Shown: piece by piece, positions 52,336 through 64,000 of the stretch | Numbering within the stretch: position 1 is the first letter of the stretch | Layout of the letters: the number at the start of each line of letters is the position of its first letter | Assembly (NCBI RefSeq): GCF_963676685.1 | Contig: NC_092347.1 | Location: 8,990,001-9,054,000 of the forward strand | Direction: 5' to 3' | Source: Mytilus edulis | Taxonomy: Eukaryota | Length of the DNA stretch: 64,000 nucleotides | Notes under the pieces: model-generated | Databases searched by the model: none | Seen by the model: the letters and a program-made list of their open reading frames with translations, nothing else | What the model was told of the DNA's origin: nothing | Translations under genes and position numbers: made by a program

Positions 52336-53584
52336 TAAACTTCTTCTAGTTAAAAAGCTAACGATTCAGTGGCTGCTATTTCGTCATGAGAATGTCTCGT
52401 TTATCAAAAGTTTTAGATTAACTTTGTTTTGTAACTTGTAAATGGTATTCTTGTAAAGTCCTAATTGTCCTTCAGGCATGGTTAGTCTGACCTCGACCTC
52501 ATTTCATAGTTCAGTGAAAGGATAAGTTTCTGGGCAGAGTTCACCTGACCTTACCTCATTTACATATATTATTGATAATGGTAATTTTGTGTTATACGTG
52601 ATGTGTTACCATTTTCTCTACAACTTTAGACACAATTCAGTCATAGTTAGTAATGGATGATGTCGCTGTAGAATTCATTTGAACAAAATTGGATTTCAAA
52701 TCCTAATTTTTAATGTGATAATGTTTATGTTCATACTTTTCTCAGGCTATTTAGGACATCATTTCACTAGTTTTCTTTAAGGGGACGACCATTTAAAATT
52801 TGATCGGGGAGGTAGGATTTCGAGAATGAATACATTAGCCAGGTATGAACTAAAATTAAATCACTTTGCAACAAACAGGATGAATAGTCTGCAACATCAA
52901 ATGCAGGATAGTTGAAGTTAAAATTATGTTTAGAAAGTAAAAGGACCAAAATAAGCATGCGTGGCAACAGATTAAATGTATGGTCAGTCAAGGAGAAAAA
53001 ATCCATTCTGTAAGTGTCTGTTTAAATCAGTAACTTATTTTGGTCGCTGTCTGCTCTATGCTATGCTGTTTGTTTTTGTCACATTTAAGACCGTTATTTT
53101 TTTAGTTCGAATTGTTTTATAATTTGTCTTTGCGGGGCGATTATCGCTGATTATATTTGAAACTACAAATGTATTAGTTTCACAGAAAAAAAATCCAATA
53201 TGAAACATGGTATAGATTTAACAGGCATATTCAGCTTTGACATTACTGCAGTTGTGCCTGTAAGTTGAAGCTATGAAACATTGTTGTCATCACATAATAT
53301 CAGTATGATGTGCCAAATTCCGGGTGTGAGATAAAACCCGACCGATATCATTCTTATACTTCAATTATAACAAAAAATTTATTCTATATGATGTTCAAAG
53401 TTTTTGAAAACCCCACAGAAAACATATTCCTCTGAACATATGAATAAACTACAAAGCAAACTGGCTATACAAACAAAATCAAAACAAACAAAAGGATTGA
53501 GTAACTGCTGTCCTTGTTGAACACTTTATAGTGTTTGCAACAAAATGGTTAATGACTCGAGGTAATCCGTTTTTCAATAATAAC

Positions 53585-54508
53585 TACTGTTGTCAACGGT
53601 TAACCGGTTAACCGGTTAACCGTTCGAACGACCGAATACCGAATACCAAAAACGCTAACCGGTTAACCGGACTTTTTTCAATTTTAATAGATATGATATA
53701 AATTTGTATTGAAATCATCAAATAGTTATGTTTTCTTTAAAAAATGTCGTCGTGGTAATTAATTTGACGGATCAATTGTCCTATATATTGATTGCTATTG
53801 TTAATCCAAAAATATAAAATTAATTAAAACTTGTCTCTCAGCTCGGGGCAAGAGCTCAAGGAAACATAATTAGTATACATGTTTTTTTAACAGTTACTTT
53901 AAATCAGTAATACGATTAAATTTTACGATTCACTTCATTATTTCATTTTTGATCTAATAATGTGTAGATCTACATCAGAATGTGCAATCTCCGTCGTGCA
54001 AGTTTTTGTCATACTTTAAACCAATTGCTAACTCAAAAACTGTAAAAAGCAAACCAACGTGAATGTTATCAATGTATACTTGATGGCACGAGTATCAGGA
54101 TAAATCAATTCAAAGTAAAACACTCCACATTATTTTCGAAGACAACAAAAAAAAAAAAAATGAAAGAATCATCGATTTCAGACATATTCAATTCTACGAG
54201 ATCAAGATTTTTTTTTTTAATTTTCAATCTGAAATTTGATTATAAAAGTATAACCGCGACAGGAATCTTCACAGACAAGTTATGATACAAAGGAAAAATT
54301 TCAATCCATCGTATTATAAAAACGTAAATGTATGATTTGAATGGAAGGTAGTCACATTGACACTCAGACCACATCTTCTTATATCATAGTGTAAGGTACT
54401 ATTGATAAGGTCTTCAAACACCAACTTAAACTACCGGTTAACCGTTTAATCGGTCGAACGATTATCCGAGTAACCGGTTAGGCAAAAGTGTACGATTTGA
54501 CAACACTA
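53585..54508. mobile_element. hAT-like non-autonomous element (924 bp)
   Basis: TIR TA(C/G)TGTTGTCAA...TTGACAACACTA; 8-bp TSD ATAATAAC/ATAATTAC; subterminal TAACCGGT repeats at both ends. Confidence 0.82.
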
Positions 54509-54872
54509 ATAATTACCCAACATTGACTCATTTTTTTCAATTTTAATTGCAAATTACTTCAAACTGACTTAAACATCTCGTGATGCTAGACATAGTAATA
54601 ATTTTGTTTTCGATGTAAATGGGATACAGTTAGGTTCTTTTAACCACCAACAAGGAACACAATAAATTTGTCTAAAAATTCACCATACAATGCGATATTT
54701 AGCGGTAAATTAAAAAAAAAAAAAAAAAAAGGAAACACGAAATTTAGAAAATTGTGACCACAATAATTATTGTAAAATATAATTGTTTTTCCAATAACGT
54801 GCCAGAATAATCAGCCTTGTAAGAGTACTTTGTGCACATTGGGTACACCACTTATAGTCGATGGCAAGGAAA

Positions 54873-55195
54873 GAGCCGTGGAGTAGTGGTTGGTGCATCG
54901 GACTACTAACAAAGATTACTGGTTCGATTCCCGACTGGGATGAAAATTTCAGGAACTGAATTTTCGGTTCTCCTTTGACACCATTTGCGAGTATGGTCTC
55001 GAGGAAACGATGATAGTCCGTCGGAAGGGGACGATAAGTGGCTGACCCGTGTTAAGAGAGAGCCATATCTTTTTCACGTTAAAGACACCTTTCTAGATTT
55101 CGAAAAAGAGCAGGCTAATGCCGCTATAAGGCAGCACTCGCACCCGCAAAGTGGAAAGGGATTAATATAAGTTGCAAAACTTGTTTCCCAAACCA
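54873..55195 (+). mobile_element. tRNA-derived SINE with Deu/Nin-like central domain
   Basis: A box TGGAGTAGTGG and B box GGTTCGATTCCC; central TCGGAAGGGGACG...CACGTTAAAGA...TTTCGAAAAAGAGCAGG resembles the Deu/Nin conserved domain (from memory of the consensus). Confidence 0.75.
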
Positions 55196-56225
55196 CAATC
55201 ACGATCATTTTTACTGTAATTATATCTAAAGAAAATTAATGTAAGTGATTTTGTGAAATAACACATACATATATATGTTTGGATTACATAACATATTACA
55301 TGATTTACTTTTGTGCAGGTTGTGAAAAATTGTTTTGCAATCGACCTCTATGTGGCATTTTACCAATATCCTGCTGAATTACAATAGATTTCCGCATGTG
55401 TGAAAACTTAATGTATTTTCAATTTAGGATCGAATGAGTAATTAAAATTGTTAAATGCTGTTTACTCAACTCTTATACATGTATGTTAAAATGCTAGAAG
55501 ACGTTTGCACTTGGTGATTGTATTTTGTATTACTGTTTTGTTTTACTTAATCTTAGATTAATAATGACCTTTTGAAAAGTTTGAAATATTATTTCCTGAA
55601 ATTAGGTCCTGAATTTTAGATATAATTACAATAACAAACTAGGAAGATACGCTTTGACTTTACAATCCGTTAAAGAACAATACCTGCATGTCCATTATTA
55701 CAATTATGGCATTCTGGATGACTATTGGCTACCTTTGTCATCACTTTTGGAACTAATGTTAAATGCGCCTCATTAAGAATCCAAGTTTGCATCCTTGTTA
55801 GTTGGTCACATGCAGATAGTTGTCTAATTGGCATACTTGTTATCATAATAATTTATTACCTTGTGTAGTATGGTGCATTTTATTATGACCTATCATATAT
55901 TTGAATTTAATTTTTCTTTAGCAGCTGCCATAACAAAATCATGACAGTAAAATTCATTTAAAGTTCATGTATTTTGAATTAAGGCAACAATAATGAACCG
56001 CTGTGAAATACACAAACATCTATAAACGACAAATCTAAATTGAAAATATAAATGATTATATCGCGTGAACTACTAAAGATGCTTAGCCGACTGCGTTGAG
56101 AGGCTACACGTTTCCGTATGCACGTTCCCCAATGCAAAGCAACATTCTGTAAGTCAGAAATATAACAGTTTTTCATTCGTTTGAAATAAACTCATCATAG
56201 ATACCAGGATTAAAATTTTATATGT

Positions 56226-56269
56226 ACGCCAAACGCGCGTTTCGTCTACAAAAGACTCTTCAGTGACGC
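56226..56269 (-). ncRNA. Minimal type I hammerhead ribozyme (second family) in a retrozyme fragment (about 56190-56280)
   Basis: Minus strand: GCGTCA CTGAAGA GTC-TTTTGTA-GAC GAAA CGCGCG TT|TGGCGT. CUGANGA and GAAA intact, stems I and II pair, GUU triplet. Confidence 0.75.
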
Positions 56270-57842
56270 TCGAATAAAAAAAAAAGTGTTTGAATGTTTT
56301 ATTTTGAAATTTATTCAGGGACTTTTGTTATTTTCTTTATTTCCAAATGTCACAATTGTCAACCGGATACCGTCGATAAAAGTACCGATTAGAACATTTT
56401 TCAGATTTCTAAATATCAAAAACGTGTCGGTAGTGCATTGATACACACACATGTATAAGACATATCATACCGGTGAAACAATCTGTGCTGGTGACCGGAA
56501 AATGTATGTAATGTTGATTTCAGACGAAATACTTATGCTTCAAAATGCAACATTTGTTTAAATTTGACAACCAATTCGGAGCAGTATCTGCTTACCGTTC
56601 TGGAGTGCCCGACATCATCCAGAGTTTTTCAGTAGGATCCGTGTTGCTTAGTCTTAAGTTTTTTATGTTGGGTTTTGTGTACTGTAATTTATTTGTCATT
56701 TTAGTCATTGCGATTTCAGTTCATTTAGACTTGTGAGTTGGAATGTCCTCTTGATATCCTTCGTCCCACGTTTTAGCATTATGACAACAATTGATTCTGG
56801 TGTAGAATTAAAAATTATTCATTATGAATACCAATGCATTAAATCTACAAAGCTCATATATACTGTTGTAACATGTACTGAAATACTACAATTTATCTGC
56901 TTGTATAGAATAGCGTTGAGTATTTCGGGATATGATAAAAACCAAACTGATATTCAGGTTTCAGTTTAATATCAAAATTTGATGCAATTGTACTGATAGA
57001 ATATTACAACTGAAATGGCACAACCATTCCCTAATATTTTGTAATTTTTAAAAATTTTGGACCAAGCCAAAAAATATGATATAGTTCTGTCACTTTATTG
57101 CATAAATAGAAGTAAAAAGAGGTCGTTTGAGTGCCAATGAGACAACTCTCCATTCAAACGTCATTTTAATATGTATACGAAGTCGTAAACAATGATTATT
57201 GACATGAATGACTGTACTATATCACATGTAGTTTAATATTAAAGTTAAATATGAGCAACCAACTGACTCCATGAAATATATAACTCATAGCATTCCTTTT
57301 TTATAAAACGACATGTGGAAAATCTGTAACAGAAACGCTGTGCTCCAAACCTTGAGTTAGTTGTGCAGCAAGATTTAAGCAATACAGCTGAACCTGCTTG
57401 AGGAGTATATGTATGTTGTGTACAAATTGTAATGTTGTATGAATTATTATTTGCACAAATTTTTTATACAAGTTATCAATGCTTATTAACCGCTTAACCC
57501 AAATGAATGATGCATGCACTCTCTTTTGTTTTGCATATTTCTTCCATAGTTCTATGACTACACGAAACAGCCTAATACTGAGCATTAATACAAAACATTA
57601 TAAGAACACACACATATTTTTTTATGGTTATGATTAAGGTATAACGAAAAAAATGAAAATACAATTAAAACCATTCAGGTTTAAAAACTTGCATCTTGTA
57701 AACAGCATATATTTGGAACAAAATAATTAAATATAATAAAGATTGCATAGATTTTAAAAGCTTATTCGGGTTTTGGGATTTCTATTTTAAAACAAGCATA
57801 CACAATGCAATTGCTGGTGGTTTTAATTATTATTTTTTTCTT

Positions 57843-57990
57843 ATTTGAATTGTTTTACATTGTCATTTCGGGGCCATTTATAGCTGACTATGCGGTATGG
57901 GCTTTGCTCATTGTTAGAGACCGTACGGTGACCTGTAGTTGTAAATTTCTGTGTCATTTTGGTCTCTTGTGGAGAGTTGTCTCATTTTTA
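57843..57990 (+). repeat. Repeat family C copy
   Basis: Aligns to 16575-16717. Confidence 0.85.
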
Positions 57991-58152
57991 TATACACAAT
58001 ACATTTGCCAATAAAATGTGCTTATGCCATAAATACAATCGAATCTGCATATCTTTCAATTAGGGATACGCGTACAAAGTTATACATTCGTTTCTATTTA
58101 AAAACTTTAAATTTGCTACTTGCTATTCAAGGACTTGCAATTCATCGTAAGA

Positions 58153-58269
58153 CTATTGCAACTTCTTTTGACCAAATCTTTTGTGTTGTACTTTCAAATC
58201 TTCATTAGCATCGTCATTAAGTAACTGTGTCACAGATAATCTCGATATGCCACCATCTGTCGCTGTAAC
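58153..58269 (-). pseudogene. Orphan exon-like fragment beginning with a cadherin-repeat motif (VTATDGGISRLSVT...)
   Basis: cttttgtatag acceptor, then V-T-A-T-D-G-G-x-x-x-L-S-x-T. No DxNDN motif follows, there are in-frame TAGs downstream, and no other cadherin exons were found. Confidence 0.4.
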
Positions 58270-60934
58270 CTATACAAAAGACCCGAATACAGCAGTTTTT
58301 AAATTATCCAACTCATTTATTGACGTACAAAAGAGGTTTAACATGACATATTTTATATAAATCATAAGATGATTATTTTTTTTCAATTAAGAAATATCGG
58401 CTAACATTTTTTGTTCTATCTGTACATGATAGACACAGTTAGTAATATTTAGTAAAATAAGGTTTTGACAAGTTTAATGATTGCTGTTTTAAATGTCATA
58501 ATATCATCCTATCAACGGAAATTGATATACTGATTATATTGTGCTATGTTTCAGGCGACTGTGTGTAATATAACTAATATATCTTTTTTTTTTTATTAAA
58601 TTAAAAATGTCAGAAGTTTATCTAATACATGATATGTTCTTTTTTTTCTTTTTTTTTTGTACATAAGAAAGAAGTCAATGCAATGGGTCGCTATAAATAT
58701 CGTATTGTATTTTCTATTAGATAATACCTATATGCAGGTCGAACAGTATAATGTCTATTGAATCTAGATATCACGACCATATCACAATTATACCAGAGGG
58801 ATAATGTTTAATATAAAAATGCAAAACTCAGTGGAAACAAAGGCCCACTTAATACCAAAACATTTATCTTGATAATGTTGTTGTGATAGGAGTTTCGTTA
58901 TTATACAACACACCATATCTTTAATTCACAATGGAGGGAGTTAATATAAAATATGTATATACAGCTAGTGTCTGTTATAAATCATCTTTTTCTGCACATA
59001 AATGGGTTATCTCCATAGGATTCACCCAATAGTCGTCTAAAACGCCTTAATTTTTCATTTAATTACTTATCGCTAGCTTTAAATCCGATTGTTTTCCGGA
59101 ACCTTGCTGTGTTTCAGAAAACGACAGAAACGGTTGGTGTCGTCTGTGCCATTAGTTTATCATCGATTAAAATTCAATTATGAAAAGGTTATATTTTTAA
59201 TCGGCCTCACAATACACTAATGGGTGAAACGTGTTTAATTTGTCTGTTATTCAAAAGGAATACTAAGCATCAATAGTAATGAAGTATCCGTAAAAGTAGG
59301 CAATATGGGAAAGCCATTATACTCTTTACTGCACTGTTTAATCTTTTAACCTGTAATAACCCATTTCTCTGACGTCAGTCTATTGTTCTAACAGTGGATT
59401 GTTTTTTTCAAGAATCCTCTGACCACCATGTTAACTTAAGATAACTTCTATCATAACTTTAAACTTTTAACTTACGATATGTTATCCTCTCAAAAAAACT
59501 AGCGCGTATATTCGTCAGTAAAGTCTGTAGTCTATCCGTGATACCACTAGACCACGAGTGCTGATAAATATTATTATTTAAATATCACTCTTATAGCGTA
59601 TATCTGTCAATACATGCCAATAAACTGTATTTCTGTCTTTTTGTTATTTAATAAAATATATAAACAGTTTAGAATCAAGGAATTGTAAATATTACTTATA
59701 AGTTCAATTCCATGATAACAAAATTCTAGGTACACATTACACTATAACTTTTAACGTACAAGGCCTTTCCCTTTTCATCATAACAAATGCTTACTTTAGA
59801 TTTCAGTATTATAATGACATCATACCATGATCACTTAGTTTTTCCTTGTTTGATTATAAATAGTCCAAATATACATCAACATTTAACGGACTCTAATCTG
59901 AATTAAGTGTGAAAAGCTACGACTGTAAAACTACGTCTTTGACGGTAAAACCAGAAAACAAATCGTCAACTTTATATGAAAAATGAAATATAGATACCTC
60001 TAAGTTAAAAAAAACAATATTTTGGTAGAGAAAAACATTACAATAAAAAATATTCCGGGTACTTGGCTTGAACTTAGCACTGTTAACAACGCAGTTACTT
60101 CTTTCGGTGCCAACGACTAGACGATCACGGCTATGAACAGCTATATGTTTCATTGCAAAATTGACATAATAGTATATTGTACATGTGTAGCAAGAGAAAG
60201 TCTGCTTGAGTTTTATAATGCGAACCCAAAACAAAAATAGTTTATTGATTAACTGATCGACGATGGAAGCCAAATGTTATAACGTTAAAATAATCAAAAC
60301 ATAATGAAAGGGTACCAGTTTACACTAACATTATAGATAGTTTTTGATTTAAGAATATCCATTGTATCTATTTTATCATCAACTGGTGTCTAATGGAGTA
60401 GTGTTCTTGTGACAGTTAGACTTCATTTAAATTTAAAATGTTTTTTATTATTTTGCCCGTTTTATAGGTATGATGTAAACTCAATCAAATAGGATATAAT
60501 AACACCATTGACTTGCAAATTAGGTTATTAAAAACTATATATTATGTAAATATTAAAGGTTTCTAAATGTTGATTTTTTTTTTAACTTTCCAAAAAAGAT
60601 AAAAAATAGTTCATATATTTTAAAATTATATGTCTTTTTGAATGAATCATAAATACTAAAATTTAATCAATATAAATTATTTGTAATGATTAAACATTGA
60701 ATTAAATAATTATTTTAGAAATATAAAATCTAGTATTAAAAAGGGGAGATAACAACACATTTAAGTGAACTGATATTAAGTTAACTATACATGTGAACCG
60801 TGTGGATCTAATCATTGCCAGCTATTATAGAATAAAAAAGACCAAATACGAAATTATTTTCTTGAAATTCCGTTGATTTATTGTCAGATCATGAAACAGA
60901 TAGTCGTTTCACTAGAAATGGGTTAAGCTAGAAT

Positions 60935-61028
60935 ATTGATAAGAAGTAACGGATTCGTTAACGATAATCAACGAGCGACTTTAGTCGCTCGTTGATTATC
61001 GTTTACGAATCCACTACTTCTTATCAAT
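60935..61028. repeat. 94-bp near-perfect palindrome (foldback mini-MITE-like)
   Basis: attgataagaagtaacggattcgttaacgataatcaacgagcgact-tt-agtcgctcgttgattatcgtttacgaatccactacttcttatcaat. Confidence 0.9.
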
Positions 61029-63297
61029 TCTCTACTACTTAATAATCCCTTCAAAGGTGAACTGGTTTACATTTCGGTAAAAGTAAATATGATCAGATTT
61101 CTGGATATTATAGATCAGCAGCGTATATACTGGTAATTGGTCGTTTAACTTTAAAGATTTTTATTTTTATTTTCATTCTAGACCTCAGACAAAAGCCTCC
61201 AGGAAAGTCGCAACAATATGTAGGTTTACAGTATATGAATAAACAAACAGCTTTAACACATCAAAAACCATTCAGTAGGAAATTTGGTAAACAGATAATT
61301 AGACATGACAAAAAATGATATATAAACTCAAAGATTGATTAAGTTGAAATTAAAATGTTTCGTGTAGCTGATAAAGTTCATGCTTTATGTACCTTTTTGG
61401 GTTTTATATGATGTTTTCTGTATTAATAAATCATACAAATGTCTATTTGCATCTACCTCAATGGACACCCGAAATATAGCCTAGATATTTTATGACTTGA
61501 ATCTCTTGTACTGCTGATGATTTTTTTTTTGTTAACAGTTTTTCGACATCTTCTTTAGTTTTTGCCCATAATACTAACAATGTCGTCATTTTAGAACAAT
61601 AACAACCAACGATTTAATTAGTTTTGTCTTACTTGTAACACTTTTCTCGTGAATACCTTTTGGTCTTTAAATTATTTCTGAACTATTATAATTTCAAAAT
61701 ACTACTCAAATAGTAAAAACAGTGTCACAAGAGAAATAACAATTTGACCATTGTACTTACTTGTGCATCTTGTTTTCTGATAATTTAGCTGTTTGAATTC
61801 ATACGAAACATCAATTAAAAACATTATCAAAATACGAGGCCAGTTGCAACAATTCTGTTTTGAGACAACCTATAATAAGGTAATATTAATTAATAAACTG
61901 TTCATAAATTGTTGAATTGTTCGAAATATTAAGGATGTGTTACCTCAGCGACATATTACCCTACGAAACGCGCGTATGACGTACATACTAAGTAAGCCTA
62001 TAATCTATGACGAGTTCATTTGTATCAGTGGTATCAACCTTAAAATTGAATATGTCATCACTGGTTTTAGTTTTTTTAATATTTGAAAAATAAAAATGAA
62101 TAACTTCTATTTGTAGATTACATCTTGTATTTTAGAATTGATTTACGTAATTTGAACAAGTGTTATCCCTCCTTTTAAACTGATATTTTGTAATACTTCC
62201 TTAGATTTCTTTCACTCAGTATTGAATAACGCTTTTTTTCTAAAGGTTAATATATCAGTTACATTATATCAATTTGCATCTTCTCTCATGGGACATGTCA
62301 TGAGTCAATCGAAGTAAGGAAATATTTCGTTCGTAATATTATCTATTGAATTCACATTGCCAGCATCTATATTCATTCATTCAAAATATTTCATAAGAAA
62401 ACGTAATCATATTATTTCAATTTCGCTGATTTCCTCTGAATATAAAGATAAGCCTGGTACAGCAACTTATGTATCTAATATTTTTTTAATGATAAAAGAT
62501 GTTTAAATAATACAAAAATTCTTCAAAAAGTACCAGGCAGTTAAAATGGAGCACTCAAACCATCAACATCCGACTCCGCGAAATAACTAGACAACCAAAT
62601 AACATATATAGGGTGTGTCGACATGATAAGCGTTCCCTTATATGTACAAAGTACCGTCCTACGAAAACACATTCAGTCAAAAGGTCACAAAAATCTACAA
62701 TAGGACATACTCGCTAACATTACAATATAAATACTATATATGTATCTTACAGTGTTAAAATCTTGTCGCCAATTTCTAATGGGCACTGTAACACACATAT
62801 AGTATCAATGTTATACCAATAGTTTGGCGTGCCAATGCAATATCTGGTATCAAGTTCGCGATTCCATATCGTAAATATTCGTAAATCAAATAACAAATGA
62901 TTCAAAATTAATCCGATTGTGGTAAAACCAATCAACTGATTATAGATATTTATTTATGTAAAGTAACAACTGTTTGATATCAGCAATAATTTCATATATT
63001 TAATTGGTAACTCTTTCAAAGGAGAGACACAACATACCAAAAACAGTATATTTTAGCTTAAATACCAACTACAGTCAACAAAACACAAAAGGAATAGGGA
63101 TGACTAAGCAACACGATCCCAACCAAAATTCGGGGCGATCTAAGGTAAGCAAAGACATTCAATAGGAGTACGTATACACAATCTATCGTTTCAGTAAGTT
63201 AAATACAAACCCACTAAAATCTAACTAAGACTACTGTTTGCATGAACTATATCTGGTAAATTAAGGTATAGTAATTCCCGAGAAAACAAAATAACAA

Positions 63298-63330
63298 TGT
63301 ATCCCTTGTATCCCTTGTATCCCTTGTATC
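63298..63330. repeat. (TGTATCCCT)n microsatellite; (GACG/GACA)n at about 63865 and (AAAG)n at about 63906 nearby
   Basis: Read directly from the sequence. Confidence 0.9.
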
Positions 63331-63936
63331 TCAATTCAATAAAGTAAGTGTCAAAATTAGGTTTGGTCGTTAGCATGAACATCCATTGAGAGGAGCATCT
63401 CTGTGCAAATCTTAATTAATGACTCGCAGTTTTGAATTTTACTAATAAGATCGAAAAATCAAATGCATAATGCGAGATTCTTGATTTCACTTTCAATACA
63501 AAATTTAAAAAAACCTTTGTGAGCACACTCAAATACCCCACGCCCTCACATTGTCTTTGGGCAAACTAAATCGTAACAGATTCTAAGGTTCAAAGATTAA
63601 TAACTCAAATAAAAAGTAAAACTGATTGTGGATATGCACATTTACTTATTATGTCCTTTTTCGTGACATTATGTTGTGTTTCGGAGGCTAATAGTTGCAG
63701 TAGTACATTCAATTCAAAATTAAGAGAGACGTAACTCTAATAAAAAAATCTGACTCGTTATTTCCGTCCGATATGCAGAATCACATATTATGTCCTAATC
63801 ACCTACACATATTTTTCGAGAAATTCTTGTGTGTGGATTCAAAGGATTTGGGATGACAAGAAGCAGACAGACGGACGGACGGAAGGATATATAAAAAAAC
63901 ATGATAAAAGAAAGAAAGAAAGAAAGAAACAGTTAC

Positions 63937-64000
63937 AATAAAATTGAGAATGAAAATGGGGAATGTGTCAAAGAGACAACAACCCGACCAAATAAAAAAC
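63937..64000 (+). repeat. Repeat family A, 5' end, truncated by the window edge
   Basis: Matches 11269-11330 and 42343-42400. Confidence 0.85.

Larger units (their letters stand above)
43830..59310. repeat. Old tandem segmental duplication (unit A about 43.8-50.4 kb, unit B about 51.1-59.3 kb), visible as four collinear homologous blocks
   Basis: 43830-44095 ~ 51105-51362; 46190-46390 ~ 55353-55560; 48770-48905 ~ 57192-57327; 49915-50370 ~ 58815-59297. Same order and orientation. Confidence 0.82.

Noticed and set aside
54873-54950. tRNA gene
   Set aside because: A and B boxes are present but there is no complete cloverleaf; it is the head of a SINE.
59917-60273. 118-aa minus-strand ORF
   Set aside because: Non-ATG start, no domain similarity, and no splice support.

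Overview
AT-rich (roughly one-third GC by eye) eukaryotic, intron-containing DNA. The interspersed repeat families look like those of a mytilid mussel (inference, no database search). Almost all ORFs in the six-frame track are spurious. The one well-supported gene is an 8-exon + strand gene (CDS 4474-11750, 306 aa). It encodes a signal peptide, two Ig domains, a micro-exon-built stalk and a GPI signal (Dpr/ZIG-8-like cell-surface IgSF). The rest of the window contains non-autonomous DNA transposons (Harbinger-like, two TTAA/Kolobok-like, hAT-like), a tRNA-derived Deu/Nin-type SINE, Penelope-like RT remnants and several abundant short repeat families. There are three tandem duplications of different ages: about 1.1 kb at 0.65-3.9 kb, a near-identical 1.4 kb at 22.7-25.5 kb, and an old 7-9 kb unit at 43.8-59.3 kb. 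The window also carries at least three related families of minimal type I hammerhead ribozyme (retrozyme) repeats, two copies with an intact catalytic core. Two of these families share a conserved block with a second, degenerate hammerhead-like motif on the opposite strand, which is the most intriguing signal here.
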